Source: an uncultured Rivularia sp. (GTDB lineage Bacteria > Cyanobacteriota > Cyanobacteriia > Cyanobacteriales > Nostocaceae). From it: DNA of 64,000 bases. The position numbers were made by a program, and so were the translations under genes. Below the pieces are notes generated by a model. The model saw only the letters and a program-made list of their open reading frames with translations, searched no databases and was not told the origin of the DNA. Positions 32,620 through 43,928 of the stretch are shown piece by piece (position 1 is the stretch's first letter; every line of letters begins with the position of its first letter). Where the stretch lies: assembly GCA_963665115.1 (NCBI GenBank), contig OY762007.1:1632001-1696000 (forward strand). Reading direction: 5' to 3'.

Positions 32620-33203
32620 AGAATTTATAGACTGGTTGCCCAAAAATTCCGCAAAACGATACGAATTACACGATGGCATAATTATTGAAATGCCTCAACC
32701 GAGTGGTAAGCATGAAAAAGTAACAGGTTTTTTAGCAGGAGAAGTTAGCGTTGAGTATAAACGCTTGAAATTGCCGTATTTTATTCCAAAAACAGCATTA
32801 GTAAAGCCACCAAACAAATCCGGACGGCTATTTACCCGATGTAGTTTTGATTAATGATGCGAATTTAGAGAATGAGCCTTTGTGGGAAAAAGAATCTACT
32901 GTTACTAAAAGTGCTTCTATTCCTTTGATAGTAAAGGTTGTTAGCACGAATTGGGAAGATGACTATTACACAAAGTTTGGTAATTACCAAGCGATGAAAA
33001 TACCAGAATATTGGATAGTAGATTATGCAGCATTGGGTGGAAGAAAATTTATTGGAAATCCCAAGCAGCAGACATTTTTTGTGTGTGAGTTAATTGATGA
33101 TGAATATCAGATGACTGCTTTTAGAGGTGACGAGCGAATTCTTTCTCCTGCTTTCCCCCAACTGAACCTTACAGCACAGCAAGCCTTTGATGCGATTGTT
33201 TGA
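32591..33203 (+). pseudogene. Uma2-family endonuclease, 5'-truncated and frameshifted
   Basis: LLTFEEF, RYELHDG, VVSTNW and IPEYWIVD motifs. Confidence 0.85.
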
Positions 33204-33328
33204 GAGAGTGTTTGAACAATTTATTTTTTTAAATTACTTTAAAACATAAGACAATCATAATCACCTTAAAATAAAATATAACAATTACAATCAAGAAGAA
33301 TTCTTTAGTTTTGGGTTATATACTGAAC

Positions 33329-33535
33329 ATGAGACAAGTAATCATGTACAAAGATGAGGATGGTTATTGGGTTGTGGAATGCCCAAGCTTAAAAGGATGT
33401 ATTAGCCAAGGCAAAACAAAAGAGGAAGCCCTATCTAATATTAAAGAAGCAATTGCTGGATACATTGCGGCTTTAGAAGAAGACGGTTTACCTGTTCCTA
33501 CAGATAATTTTGAAGCGTACCTGGTAGTTGTATGA
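33329..33535 (+). CDS. hicB: HicB-family antitoxin (short form)
   Basis: DEDGYWVVECPSLKGCISQGKTKEEALSNIKEAI. Confidence 0.9.
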   Translation: MRQVIMYKDEDGYWVVECPSLKGCISQGKTKEEALSNIKEAIAGYIAALEEDGLPVPTDNFEAYLVVV

Positions 33536-33756
33536 GTAAGCTACCGAGCATTTCTGGAAAAGAATGTATAAAAGCTTTGGAGAAAATAGGTTTTTACCAA
33601 AAGCGCAGAGAAAGTAGTCACATTATTATGCGGCGAGATGACCCATTTAGCCAAGTTGTCGTTCCTGACCACGATCAAATAGCTAAGGGAACCCTACGAG
33701 CAATTATTCGAGATATAGATTTAACAGTAGAAGAATTTATCGCTTTGCTTGGATAA
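33532..33756 (+). CDS. hicA: HicA-family toxin
   Basis: SGKECIKALEKIGF, SSHIIM, VVVPDH and KGTLRAI motifs. Confidence 0.9.
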   Translation: MSKLPSISGKECIKALEKIGFYQKRRESSHIIMRRDDPFSQVVVPDHDQIAKGTLRAIIRDIDLTVEEFIALLG

Positions 33757-33810
33757 GTTTGTGTATCCGTTGTATAAAATTTAAAATACAAACAAAGATA
33801 ATTACTTAAT

Positions 33811-33916
33811 ATGGTTAATAAAGAATTACTAATTAAAGAAATAGAATCTTTACCTTCAGAATTATTAACTGAAGCATTCGATTTTATTCGTTTTATCAAA
33901 GTTAGTCATGCCAAGG
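33811..33916 (+). pseudogene. DUF2281-like antitoxin N-terminal fragment
   Basis: LLIKEIESLPSELLTEAFDFIRFI, fused to a VapC fragment. Confidence 0.6.
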
Positions 33917-34149
33917 CTCAATGTTATATTTCGACAATCGTTGTTTCTGAACTTATGAAGGTGTCTACTGTTCGCAGCAGGTCGAAAAGAATTTAGAAAT
34001 ATTAGCGCAGTTAACCCAAAATCTGACAGTTGAACCACCATTTGACCTAGATGCGGCTGTTAAGTTTGGTAGGATTCAAAGCGAACTTACAAAAATTGCT
34101 AAACCAACAGAGGAAATTGATGTGTTGATTGGTGCAGTTGCGCGATCGC
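33917..34149 (+). pseudogene. VapC/PIN toxin internal fragment
   Basis: CYISTIVVSEL..GVYCSQQVEKNLEIL..FDLDAAVKFGRIQSEL..KPTEEIDVLIGAVARSR, ending at HIP1 34142-34149. Confidence 0.7.
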
Positions 34150-34360
34150 GTAAAAATGCTTTGGTGATTATTACAACCCTGACAAGAAAGAGCCAAATTA
34201 CTTAAAGAAGGTTTCTCCACCTTTACTTTTGGGGATAATATGCTCGGCAGAAAAAGCTTGAATTGCAAAACTTTCTTGGCTTCTACAATATTCACAACAT
34301 CCGGTCTTCTCTTTTTACTACAGACTTTTTTAACTGCGCCCTCACTCTTGAATCGGACAT
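34150..34360 (-). pseudogene. HNH endonuclease fragment
   Basis: EHIIPKSKGGET and NLALSCQGCNNH in shifted frames. Confidence 0.7.
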
Positions 34361-34755
34361 TAATTTGTTGCGTGAATTCCTAAATTTTCCATCAATGCAG
34401 TTAGTGACACACCACGCAAACGTGCTAACTCTGCTAAATTTTCTATACGTTGTGCTTGGATTTTTTCTATTTCCTCAGTCAGTTGTAATAACCTTTGATG
34501 CTCATCATCTGTGAGAGTTTCTTCTTCTCGTTTAACTTTTAATTCTTCGTAATCTTTTTGAAGATTATCAGGAATACCTTGATTAATTTTAAGCAATAAT
34601 TCTGCTTCTGTTTGCGGCAGTCGGGTGGCTTTACGTTGCGCTTTTAAAACAATAACTTGCGATACAAATTGTTCTAATTCAGACAAGTTTAATTGCTCAA
34701 CTGCCTTGAGCAATTCTTCTGAAGATAATTGTACTTCAACTTTGAGGATTGACAT
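34360..34755 (-). CDS. Hypothetical protein (HNH-partner family)
   Basis: LSSEELLKAVEQL, EAELLLKINQG and LAELARLRG motifs. Confidence 0.75.
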   Translation of the reverse strand: MSILKVEVQLSSEELLKAVEQLNLSELEQFVSQVIVLKAQRKATRLPQTEAELLLKINQGIPDNLQKDYEELKVKREEETLTDDEHQRLLQLTEEIEKIQAQRIENLAELARLRGVSLTALMENLGIHATN

Positions 34756-34899
34756 TATCTACTTCTTGCCTGGTAACTTATCAATAATTTTATCTTAAAA
34801 TTTTGCACCGTTGTCATATGTCAATGACCGATTGTAGAGATTACAGCCGCAATATAGATACATATCAATACCGAAAAATTTATGTTTCAATTATTTGTT

Positions 34900-35757
34900 T
34901 CACCCCTTCTCCTCAAACATCATCCGAGATATTAGTTTTGTAAGATGTGTTGACTCTACACCAAACCGACTAGCAATCAAAAACTGCTCTTCTTCAGTCG
35001 GCATTTTATCGAGCGTCAATAAATACTCCAAAAACGGTTGGGAATTCACTCCAAGCAAATCATCTTCTGTTGATTGCGATTGTGCTGTAGAGTCGGCTTC
35101 TGCGACGTTACTTTGCTCAAGCTGCGGGTGTTGTCCCATCTTTAAAAGTAACCATTCCTCTATTTCTCCTTTCTGTGGTGGTTGCAAGCCAAGCGTTTGA
35201 CAAGTCGCAACGAATTCTTGTCCAATCAAAGCATCAACATAACATTGCTCCAACCAAGTCAAAAATTCCTCATTTTGAGGTAATTCTACTCCTTGTTTAA
35301 CGCTAAAAGTTTGTATTTGTCTACCCAAACTAATTCTTTCTAGTAGGTTTGGGGTAGTATCTACTTCTTCACTAATAACGTGAGGATCATTTGACCCAAA
35401 AGCCATTTTATCTAAAAGCCAAATAGCTACTTGCCCAGATTTCGGAACTGATAAATTTAGAGTTTCACAAGCAATAGTTAATTCGGTTCCCAAAGAAGTA
35501 TAGCTTGCAAGCCAATCCTCCAAATTACCCGAACGAGGAGTAATTCCCTTGTTCGATAAACTAACAACCTCCAAACCTAAATTGACTAACTTTCTTACTA
35601 CCATTGACAAGCTCTTACCCCATTCAGGTATCAGCTTCTCAATTTGAATACGTGTATCAACATTAATATGAAAAGTAACGCGGTCCTTTTGCACATCAAC
35701 TGGACGACCGCGCTTTGGAGGTAGCTTTGGGTTTTGCTCAAACTGTTGTTTACTCAT
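34900..35757 (-). CDS. Hypothetical protein with an N-terminal RHH-like domain
   Basis: KRGRP..RVTFHINVDTRIQIEKL..SLSMVVRKLV. Confidence 0.65.
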   Translation of the reverse strand: MSKQQFEQNPKLPPKRGRPVDVQKDRVTFHINVDTRIQIEKLIPEWGKSLSMVVRKLVNLGLEVVSLSNKGITPRSGNLEDWLASYTSLGTELTIACETLNLSVPKSGQVAIWLLDKMAFGSNDPHVISEEVDTTPNLLERISLGRQIQTFSVKQGVELPQNEEFLTWLEQCYVDALIGQEFVATCQTLGLQPPQKGEIEEWLLLKMGQHPQLEQSNVAEADSTAQSQSTEDDLLGVNSQPFLEYLLTLDKMPTEEEQFLIASRFGVESTHLTKLISRMMFEEKG

Positions 35758-36140
35758 GCTTATCCCAGTTTATCGAAACCACAAAGCATATTTGAAGCAT
35801 TTTAAAACAATTATTTTAAAAAACGTTACTTTTAATTTGTGTGAAAACAATTTAACACTGATTAAAAATTACAAAATGTAAATAAAACACATACATAAAT
35901 CTAGATTTTGATATTCTTGATTCATCAAGCACAAAATTGATTGCAATCGCAATCATTGTTACTGCTACTTGTGATGCCCAAATGGGTTCTATAGCTGTAT
36001 TGTCAATTTTTTTAATCAATGGTGAGGTGTCCAACAATATAAAATATTGCAAGAAATACCACCCTCTCGAATCGGTTGCGTAGAAACTAACTTCCGCTAA
36101 AACACAAGGATATTGTTGTGTAACGTACTTTGATTACGAA

Positions 36141-36624
36141 TTATTGGCTGTATTTTTGTGTTTTATGATCTGAAGTTTTCTCCAGCTTTAACCATTCGCT
36201 CATTTCTTGCTCAATTAATAAATTGCATAGGTTGCTTACTGTTCGTTTCTCCTTATTAGCTCGTTGTTTGAGAGCTTCCATTGTTTTCGGTTCAAGATCA
36301 ATTGTCTTCCTTGGGGTTGCATATTCAACTTTGGAGCCATTCATCGAAGGTTCAAAACGAGCAATCATTGATTTTTCTAACTCATCTATTAACTCTGGAC
36401 TATCACTTTTCAGCCAAGCGATGCGAACTTCACCAGGTAAATTTTTGAATTCATTGATTCTATGATGAGAATCCCAACGCTGTCTTAATACTGTTGCTTT
36501 ACCAACGTAAACAACTTTGTTGTCATGCAGCACGAAGTAGACTGCACAAATTAAGGGTAGATGCTTCCGTTTCGAGAGCGAAATTGTGGGTAATTTGAAC
36601 GGGTCAAAAGAGTCCCGTATTCAT
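36141..36624 (-). CDS. GIY-YIG nuclease with C-terminal RHH (+1 frameshift at about 36615)
   Basis: AVYFV..VVYVGKATVLRQRW..H, LEKSMIARFEP.MN; C-terminal TIDLEP..LKQRA..TVSNL. Confidence 0.75.
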
Positions 36625-36797
36625 TTATTACTTTGATTAACTCTACTTTCAATCCATTGCTCTATAAGCTGCCTAGATTTTTCGCTCATATTTGTCCCTT
36701 CTCTAGCGCACCAGACTTTAAATTCCGTTCGTAGGGACTCAGGTAGAAAAACTCTAAAGCTTACAGTTTGGTCTTCTTTTTTGTTCTCATCCGACAT
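36621..36797 (-). CDS. ParG-like RHH protein (58 aa, not in ORF track)
   Basis: VSFRVFLPESLRTEFKVWCAREGTNMSEKSRQLIEQWI. Confidence 0.75.
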   Translation of the reverse strand: MSDENKKEDQTVSFRVFLPESLRTEFKVWCAREGTNMSEKSRQLIEQWIESRVNQSNK

Positions 36798-37063
36798 AAA
36801 CAGGTCACATATACCGCACGCTCATTTTCTGCTAGTTAACTCAGTTTGGAAATAGCCCACAAAACCTTGTTGATATATATGACCTATATGGACTATGATA
36901 ACTGTGTTGATGAAAAACTTCTACTGATTCCATATATAAGTAAAAAGGAAAAACCTGCTTATTTATAACAAAACTGACTCGGAAGGGATTAAAAGTTTAT
37001 TAATCGACACTTGATTCCGCTATATCCTTCTTTATCTCTAAAATTAACTTAAAAATGCCTTAA

Positions 37064-37321
37064 TCAATCAGAATCAAAGCTAGCTTCTAGTTCTTCTATA
37101 GAAACATTTTTGTATCGTGCATATTCTGTGAGTTGCTGATTAATGCCTTCAAAGTTAGCCTCTAATCTTGCAGCAATAATTTGAGCCGCAAATGCAGCCG
37201 GAGGACGACCCCGAAGTTTTGCCCATAGCTTTAGTTTCCGAAAATCATAGGGGGATAGGGTAATCGAAAAACGAACGTTGTCTTCTGCCATGTCTAATAA
37301 TTCTTCTCGCTGTGTCTTCAT
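37064..37321 (-). CDS. Hypothetical RHH-like protein
   Basis: VRFSITLSPYDFRKLKLWAKLRGRPPAAFAAQII. Confidence 0.7.
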   Translation of the reverse strand: MKTQREELLDMAEDNVRFSITLSPYDFRKLKLWAKLRGRPPAAFAAQIIAARLEANFEGINQQLTEYARYKNVSIEELEASFDSD

Positions 37322-37649
37322 TAATTTACACCTTCTTTATTACCTTGTGGGATGTTGTGGTGATGCTCTAAAGAATCTATTATTGTAAATATAGCATTAA
37401 AGATGCTTGACAGAATCTCTAGATATTCTCTAGAGTAAAAATTGTTCAAAAATAATTTATACGCGGGTCTAAAAATACTTGCAACTTAGATAAGAAAAAT
37501 CAAATTTCAGCTTTGAGTACAAAAGTTAAATATGCAGTCAAACCAAGTCCTCCAGAATTGCTCGGAGGAGAATTAATTAGAAATTCGACAACTTCCAACA
37601 TGAAAGCATCACTCAATTCAACTCCGAGCATCTGTTCCACCACATATTT

Positions 37650-37823
37650 TTATGAAGATTCCTCTTCTTCTGATTCAATCCAAGAGAGGATTAATTCTTT
37701 AGCTTTTTGGCTCATGGAGGTTTTATTGCGAGCGCAAGCGATTTTAAATTGTGTGCGTTCGTCATCGGACAAAAAAACCACAAGCTTTACGGTTTTTTCT
37801 TCCGTTTTTTTCAAGTTAGACAC
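37650..37823 (-). CDS. Second ParG-like RHH protein (57 aa, not in ORF track)
   Basis: VKLVVFLSDDERTQFKIACARNKTSMSQKAKELILSWI. Confidence 0.7.
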   Translation of the reverse strand: MSNLKKTEEKTVKLVVFLSDDERTQFKIACARNKTSMSQKAKELILSWIESEEEESS

Positions 37824-38009
37824 ATTTCACCCATTACGATACTTACCCCAATTATGTCATTGAGATAAATATCAACATATAGGTAGACTATGCATTCTGT
37901 ACTAATATACCTATATAGGGTATCATTCAAAATAATAAAATTTTAGTTTCGAGTCCAAAATTTAAATGCTCCCGTAAACTCCTTTACTTTTAAACAGGAA
38001 TCTTGAAAG

Positions 38010-38642
38010 ATGAAAAACTGCGAAATCCTGAAAAGTTTACCGCAACAAGGTTTAGAACCCAGGCAGTTCCTACGCCACTGCTTCGGTATTGCCGAACTGA
38101 CTCCCTCTGAGTTGCTTGAAGAAGAAACAGACAGCCAATATCGCAAAAAATGCATTACGGTATTTTGTGCAATCTTTGATATTCAGCGAGCCACGGTTCG
38201 TAAATGGGGAAGCGACCTCAATTTTGAAGGAATGCCTAAATACTGTAGGATTGCTCTTGCTTATATCTATGCTGCTCAAATTGTGCCTCGTCAGCTAGGA
38301 AGCATCCTAAGAGGGGATTTTGTTCCACCATCGGTTGATGCTCAAACGTTTTTAGAGAAAGTCCTTTTAGATGGGTTAACGGAGCAGGAAATATTACAAA
38401 CTGTCTCTCATGCTAATTTTCGTGGCACTTGTGTTAAAACCCTTACCGATGTTTTGCAAATAGGAACAAAATCAGTCCAGGATTGGGGGCAAGATATGTC
38501 GTTTCAAAAAATGCCCCAAATTCACAAGCATACTTTGGGTTATGCATTGGCTGCTATCTCCCAAGTTTCATCAACTGACGCTTTTCTCAAGGCAAGCAAG
38601 CCAGCAGCAACAGTGTCTAAAGCTCTCTCAACAGCGGCTTAA
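38010..38642 (+). CDS. Hypothetical protein with two tandem HTH-like repeats
   Basis: C..IQRATVRKWGSDLNFEGMP and C..IGTKSVQDWGQDMSFQKMP. Confidence 0.75.
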   Translation: MKNCEILKSLPQQGLEPRQFLRHCFGIAELTPSELLEEETDSQYRKKCITVFCAIFDIQRATVRKWGSDLNFEGMPKYCRIALAYIYAAQIVPRQLGSILRGDFVPPSVDAQTFLEKVLLDGLTEQEILQTVSHANFRGTCVKTLTDVLQIGTKSVQDWGQDMSFQKMPQIHKHTLGYALAAISQVSSTDAFLKASKPAATVSKALSTAA

Positions 38643-38718
38643 GTTATTCAAATTGGTTGGATTAGAAAAATTGGTCTTTGTGACAGACCAAACACTATAA
38701 AAGCAAATCGAATTTATC

Positions 38719-40440
38719 ATGACTGGACTAATTCTTGCAACCGAAAGGTACACCGAGCAGAACTATATTGACTCCAATCCTACGGTACATATCGAGCAGA
38801 GTACATTGGAGTATCTGTATGCAGCATTCTCGCTTTACGAATGTAAGCAAACTCTTAATAGAAAACAATATCGCGGACTGTTGGAAGAGTATGGATGGGA
38901 TAAAGGGACTACAGAAGAAAGGCGATCGCTAAAAATTGCAGAGAATTTTCAAGCGTTTGTTGGTTGTCCGGAACACCTAGCTGTATTGCCTGTACCCGTA
39001 CTAGTGCGGTTATGCTCGAAGAGTTACAACGTTTTGATTGAAAAGTTGCAAGATATTCCTATTGGAGGATTGACTTGCAGACTTGTATTGGAACTGATTA
39101 ATGAAAGAGGAAAGTTTCTCAAATCTCAAAAAACAGAGAAAAAAGCTGGTAATTGGCGAGCAACACCAGATGGTAATCGGTATTATACTTTCGGCAAGAT
39201 TATGGAGGATGACCATCAAACAGGAGTGCTTGCAGATAAGCTGATAGAGCAGTTAGGGTTTTCCCCACAGCGAATTGTCAGAATAGCAATTGCTGACTTA
39301 TATGAGAAGCAACAAGCTGAGATTGTAACAGATAAAATTAGCTCTCTAACTGATTTGATTGATGATAAAGAAGGGAGCGACACTATAAACTCGGAAGATG
39401 TTGAAAGTCAAATAAACTGGGAATCCAAACAACAAGATTTTGAATCATTATTGCAAAAAGATACAGAAAATACTGAGCCTGAATATACTGATAAATCAGA
39501 CATTGACTCTGAAGAGGTTGTAAAAGAGGTATTGTCTAATACACAATTAGAGACACAAATTACTTCTGAAGCACCTATCTCTAAAAAATTAGAAACAATA
39601 CCTACACCTCAAGAATTGGTAAACAAATTACAATTGGTTCGTTCGTTACCATTGCCATTTAATAAGCAGGATAGAAAGTTTGCTTGTGAGGTGGTAAATT
39701 CTATTGCTTCGACTTGTGATACTTGGGAATCTATCGCTACAGCTACCCAATGTGATTCGATGTCTTTAGCGTTTGTAATTGGGTTTTTGGGAGATGAGCA
39801 AAAAGCTTGGTTTGAAAACTTACCCAAGCTCTTGGCAGAGTATGCTGTAACTCATCCAGAAGAGTTGATTTGGGTTGATGGAGTCATCCGTACCAAGGCT
39901 TTAGCAATTATGGGTTTTGAAGTTGGTAGTAAGGTCGAGGTGACAACAGATAGTCATAGCTGCTTCGGGCGCAGAGGTCATGTTGTTGATTTATCAATGG
40001 AAAACAAAGTTCCTATCGGTGTAAGATTTCCAGGAATTAGAAAATATTTTTACTATACAGATTTAAAATTAATTTGTAATCAAAATCAAAATGATGCTGC
40101 ATCCGAAGATATTTTAAACAAAGTTGAAATGTTAGTGCAAGCAAGTTGCTGGGAAGAAGTTATTTCGACAACAGAAAGTTGGAGTGAAGAATTAAAATCT
40201 ACTGTTTGGCAAGCTTTGAGTGAAGAAGAAAGACAGCGTATTAATGAGTTGAAAAATCGGCATTTTGAAAAACTTGATAAAACACCTCAAGTTGGAGATA
40301 AGGTGATTTGGAATAATTGTCCAGGAAATTTAACCAGTTGGCAGCCGTTTTTAATTACGGATATACAAGGTGCGGAAGCACAATTAGATGTTTATATGTA
40401 TATGGTGCCGTTAGCTGAATTATCCAAGGTTGAAAATTGA
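38719..40440 (+). CDS. Hypothetical plasmid protein with C-terminal KOW/SH3-like segments
   Basis: 573-aa ORF; FEVGSKVEV..GRRGHV and PQVGDKVIW. Confidence 0.75.
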   Translation: MTGLILATERYTEQNYIDSNPTVHIEQSTLEYLYAAFSLYECKQTLNRKQYRGLLEEYGWDKGTTEERRSLKIAENFQAFVGCPEHLAVLPVPVLVRLCSKSYNVLIEKLQDIPIGGLTCRLVLELINERGKFLKSQKTEKKAGNWRATPDGNRYYTFGKIMEDDHQTGVLADKLIEQLGFSPQRIVRIAIADLYEKQQAEIVTDKISSLTDLIDDKEGSDTINSEDVESQINWESKQQDFESLLQKDTENTEPEYTDKSDIDSEEVVKEVLSNTQLETQITSEAPISKKLETIPTPQELVNKLQLVRSLPLPFNKQDRKFACEVVNSIASTCDTWESIATATQCDSMSLAFVIGFLGDEQKAWFENLPKLLAEYAVTHPEELIWVDGVIRTKALAIMGFEVGSKVEVTTDSHSCFGRRGHVVDLSMENKVPIGVRFPGIRKYFYYTDLKLICNQNQNDAASEDILNKVEMLVQASCWEEVISTTESWSEELKSTVWQALSEEERQRINELKNRHFEKLDKTPQVGDKVIWNNCPGNLTSWQPFLITDIQGAEAQLDVYMYMVPLAELSKVEN

Positions 40441-40472
40441 GTCGATTAATGTAACAGGACCTATATTTTGAT

Positions 40473-42860
40473 TCAAGCAGAATGTTTAAAAATAACTAAT
40501 TCCAGCAATTCCTCAAACAAAGAATCACCAAAACTTATTAACCTTAATGAAGGTGTTTCGTCAAAAGTTTGTGGATAAAAGGTAATATTATATGTATTCC
40601 CTTGATATGTTAGCTGCCAAGTTTTTTGCTGATTGGGGGTAAAAATGACGTTGCAATTTTTTAGAGTTACTGAAGTAGTAAATAACTGCTCGATGTTTTG
40701 TGGTGTGAAGGGTGAAGGAGCAATCGGTTTTTGAATTTCAGCTAAGTCTGCATCCATATCCATGACAATCATTTCTTCAATGGCAAGTTGTGAAGCAGGG
40801 GTGTCTATGACTGAATCGAATTCCGACATTAATACGTCTTCCTCTTCTGGATCTGCGCTCATTGCTGCTTGTTCGATGAAGGTGGGGACTTGAGCTAAAA
40901 TTGGTTGCAGATTACCCACTACCGTAGCAAAAGCATTAATGTGATCGCGCAATTTTCTGTAAACTTTTGCTTCTACGGTGCCGTCTTAATAAAAGTTGTG
41001 AATCCTGACGGTAGAATATCTTTGTCCGATCCGATCTATTCTACCAATACGTTGTTCGACTCGCATGGGATTCCACGGCATATCATAATTGATTAATACT
41101 CCACAATTTTGTAAGTTTAATCCTTCGGAAGCGGATTCGGTACAGAGAAGAATTTTGATTTCATTATTGCGAAAGCGTTTTTTGATTTCTTCTTTAGCAA
41201 CGACTTTCCAAACTTGTTGATTGCTATTATTACGATCAATTTGTAAAAGTTCTCCACCTCTACCGGAATAACAAGCGATTTGACTACCGTAGGATGATTG
41301 CAATGTTGCTCGCAGATAGTCCATTGTGTCGGTGTATTGGGTAAAGACAATCGCGCTTTCACGAGCTAAAAGTTCTTGACGAAGGATTTTGATAAATTCG
41401 GAAAGTTTGGTATCTTCCCCGGTATTGTCAAACTGTTGTAATAAATCTTCAAGGTATGCGATTTCTTGCGGGTCTACTTCTTCTTTGATATTTTCTAGAT
41501 AAGATTCCATCCCCAGAATTACAGCATCGGAAGCGTCATCTAAATCGGCAATATCATCGTTGGTTAAGATATTACCTTGTTGAGTTAAAAGAAAATCTAA
41601 ACGGCGTTGCAGAGATGATTTAATGGCGTAAAATGAACTGGTTAAGCGTTTGCGGTATAGAGTCATTAAGAAACCCAAACAGGAGCGTTGGTCTTTTTGC
41701 GCTAATCTGTAAAAATGTCTGACGTAATCGCTGACTGCTTGGTAAAGGGGAATTTCCCGTTGTGATTCTAAGGTAATAGCGTTATCGCATACTTCTCTAA
41801 TAGGAATATCTTTTTCTAAAAGTCCGCGTTGATAGTATTGTCTTAAAGTATCGCGGGTATGACGAAACATTAAATCTTTGAGCGGAGTATTAGCGGTGAG
41901 ATATTGACAAGAAGCGGTAATAAAATCTTTATCTGCTAATATTTTTTTATGGTTGACGATTTTTTTACCACGCTGCCAGGTATCCTGTATTTTGTAAGCG
42001 AGAATTCGGTCTTTTTTTCGTAGGAATTGTTCTAATCTTGAACTTGGTTTTCCACCACGTTGAAAATAATAATGTTGATTATTATCATCTTCTACAGAAT
42101 CAATAATCCGAGTATCAAATTCTATTTCAGGTTCCCACACAGGTTTAACATCGGGAGTGTATTGTAACAGCTTTCTTTTTACAGCTTCCGGAACATCAAA
42201 TACCCGCACATTCGGTGAAATATCAAACCAAAGTTGTTCAAACCGAGAAATTTCTTCTTGTACCCTATCTAATTCCCTTCCACCTTCCCAAGAGCAATAA
42301 ACATGAAAAGATTCGACATTTTTTGACCAACCGCTGATAGATTCGTTATTTGAACCGCTAAAAGCTAAATTATCCCCGTTACTATCAGTAAAGATACCAA
42401 CTTTTTCATGAAAAATATGCTGTGGATCTAATTGCTGTTCGCTTGATTCGGGAATACCATTTTCTTTGAGAGGAATAGCAATTTTAATATCAAGATAATT
42501 ATTCGCAATCAACCAGCTAAGAATTTCAAAATGCTTGAGTTGAGAAAAGTTTTCTGGTGGTTTTAATTCCGTATCTAAACGAGTCAATAAAGCATCTCTT
42601 AATGCAAAACCTTGTTGAATTGCTGATAAATATTGCTGGCTAAATTGACAACCCATAATTAAACGGATTTGTCCTTGATGATGTAACATTGCTCCCAAAC
42701 CACGAGCAACTTTACTCAAAATTGCGCTGCTAAAAAAGCCAGATTTACGGTCATATTTAATCGCAGATTCTAAAGCAGGAATATAAAAATCAGCAATAGT
42801 ATTATCGGTGTTGCTAAAGTAGCTTATATTCCAGGAATAATCGCGTAGTAATTTGGGCAT
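40473..42860 (-). pseudogene. PLD-SNF2 helicase of the DUF499 system, internally deleted with a premature stop
   Basis: PLD motif IFHEKVGI..GSNNES; HELICc motifs SASEGLNLQ and WNPMRVEQRIGRIDR; Walker A and DEAH absent; in-frame TAA at 40986-40988. Confidence 0.85.
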
Positions 42861-43049
42861 ATTATGACGTTATGGTAGAAAAACCTCACCCCCAGCCCCT
42901 CTCCTTATTAAGTAGAGGGGGGTAAGAATTGAAGTCTTTCTCTTAAGATAGCGTAGTATTTAGTAACCGTATTTACCAATATTTTTATAAACTATCAGCC
43001 CATTCACGTACAATATTATGTGCGACTCCAGCTTTATTAAATCATTTTT

Positions 43050-43733
43050 TTAAAGTGTATTTGGGTCGATTCCTTGCTGTTGTAATTTAGCTAAAAGTTG
43101 TTGAAGTTGTTGCTGCTGTTGTACATTTATTTCTTCTGGTGTTTGGTATCTATTCCCATTTTCGTCATACCAAAACAACCATTCTCGCGTTCTCCCTTGA
43201 TAAATTCCTTGTTCTCTTCCAATACCTAAACCTATTTCTGGCATCCAAATTTGATTACCTGGTTGTAGAATATATTCACCGTTAACTAAACGATAAACTT
43301 CTAAACGTTGACGCTTGCGACGTAGACGGGTTGGGGCATAAATAACGTAATATAATATCCCTAATTGGGCATAATCTATTTTTTTCTGTTCGTATTCTCC
43401 GTTGTAGGTTTGAGAGACAACTTCTAAAGTTAAAATTGGGGGAATATTATCTTCTTCCCAAAGCACGTAACTTGAGCGTCCGTTTTCTCCAACAAATCTT
43501 TCTACGTTTAAGCTTAGAAAACCATCGGGAACAATCGGATTTTTGCTGGGTTCGTAATAAACACCCATATTAATTCCAAAATACCAATCATCACGATTTT
43601 GCCAAATTGCTGACAAAATTGCTAATAGTAAATTAGGTATTAGTATTTGTAGTTCGCTATCCACGGGGGTATCGTCAGAATCAGGTAATTCTGCGGAAGA
43701 TGGTAAACAATTTAAGGGATTGTATTGATACAT
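43050..43733 (-). CDS. Uma2-family endonuclease
   Basis: LPDSDDTPVDSELQ, VPDGFLS, LEVVS and YYVIYAP motifs. Confidence 0.9.
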   Translation of the reverse strand: MYQYNPLNCLPSSAELPDSDDTPVDSELQILIPNLLLAILSAIWQNRDDWYFGINMGVYYEPSKNPIVPDGFLSLNVERFVGENGRSSYVLWEEDNIPPILTLEVVSQTYNGEYEQKKIDYAQLGILYYVIYAPTRLRRKRQRLEVYRLVNGEYILQPGNQIWMPEIGLGIGREQGIYQGRTREWLFWYDENGNRYQTPEEINVQQQQQLQQLLAKLQQQGIDPNTL

Positions 43734-43928
43734 AATGTTATCCCTTGATAAAAGGTGTGATTATATTTTACTATTTTTTATAACTTGTTATAACTTGTTC
43801 CTTGTCTCTGGCAAGGAATACAGAAAAGAAGGCTCTGCCTTCCGCTGTGAAACGATGCAGAGCCTCTGATAACGGCATTCCAAGGTAGAATCTTGGAACG
43901 AGATAACGAGATAGTCCAGTACAGCACC

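Noticed and set aside
37513..37863. 116-aa plus-strand ORF
   Set aside because: Shadow of the ParG-like gene on the opposite strand
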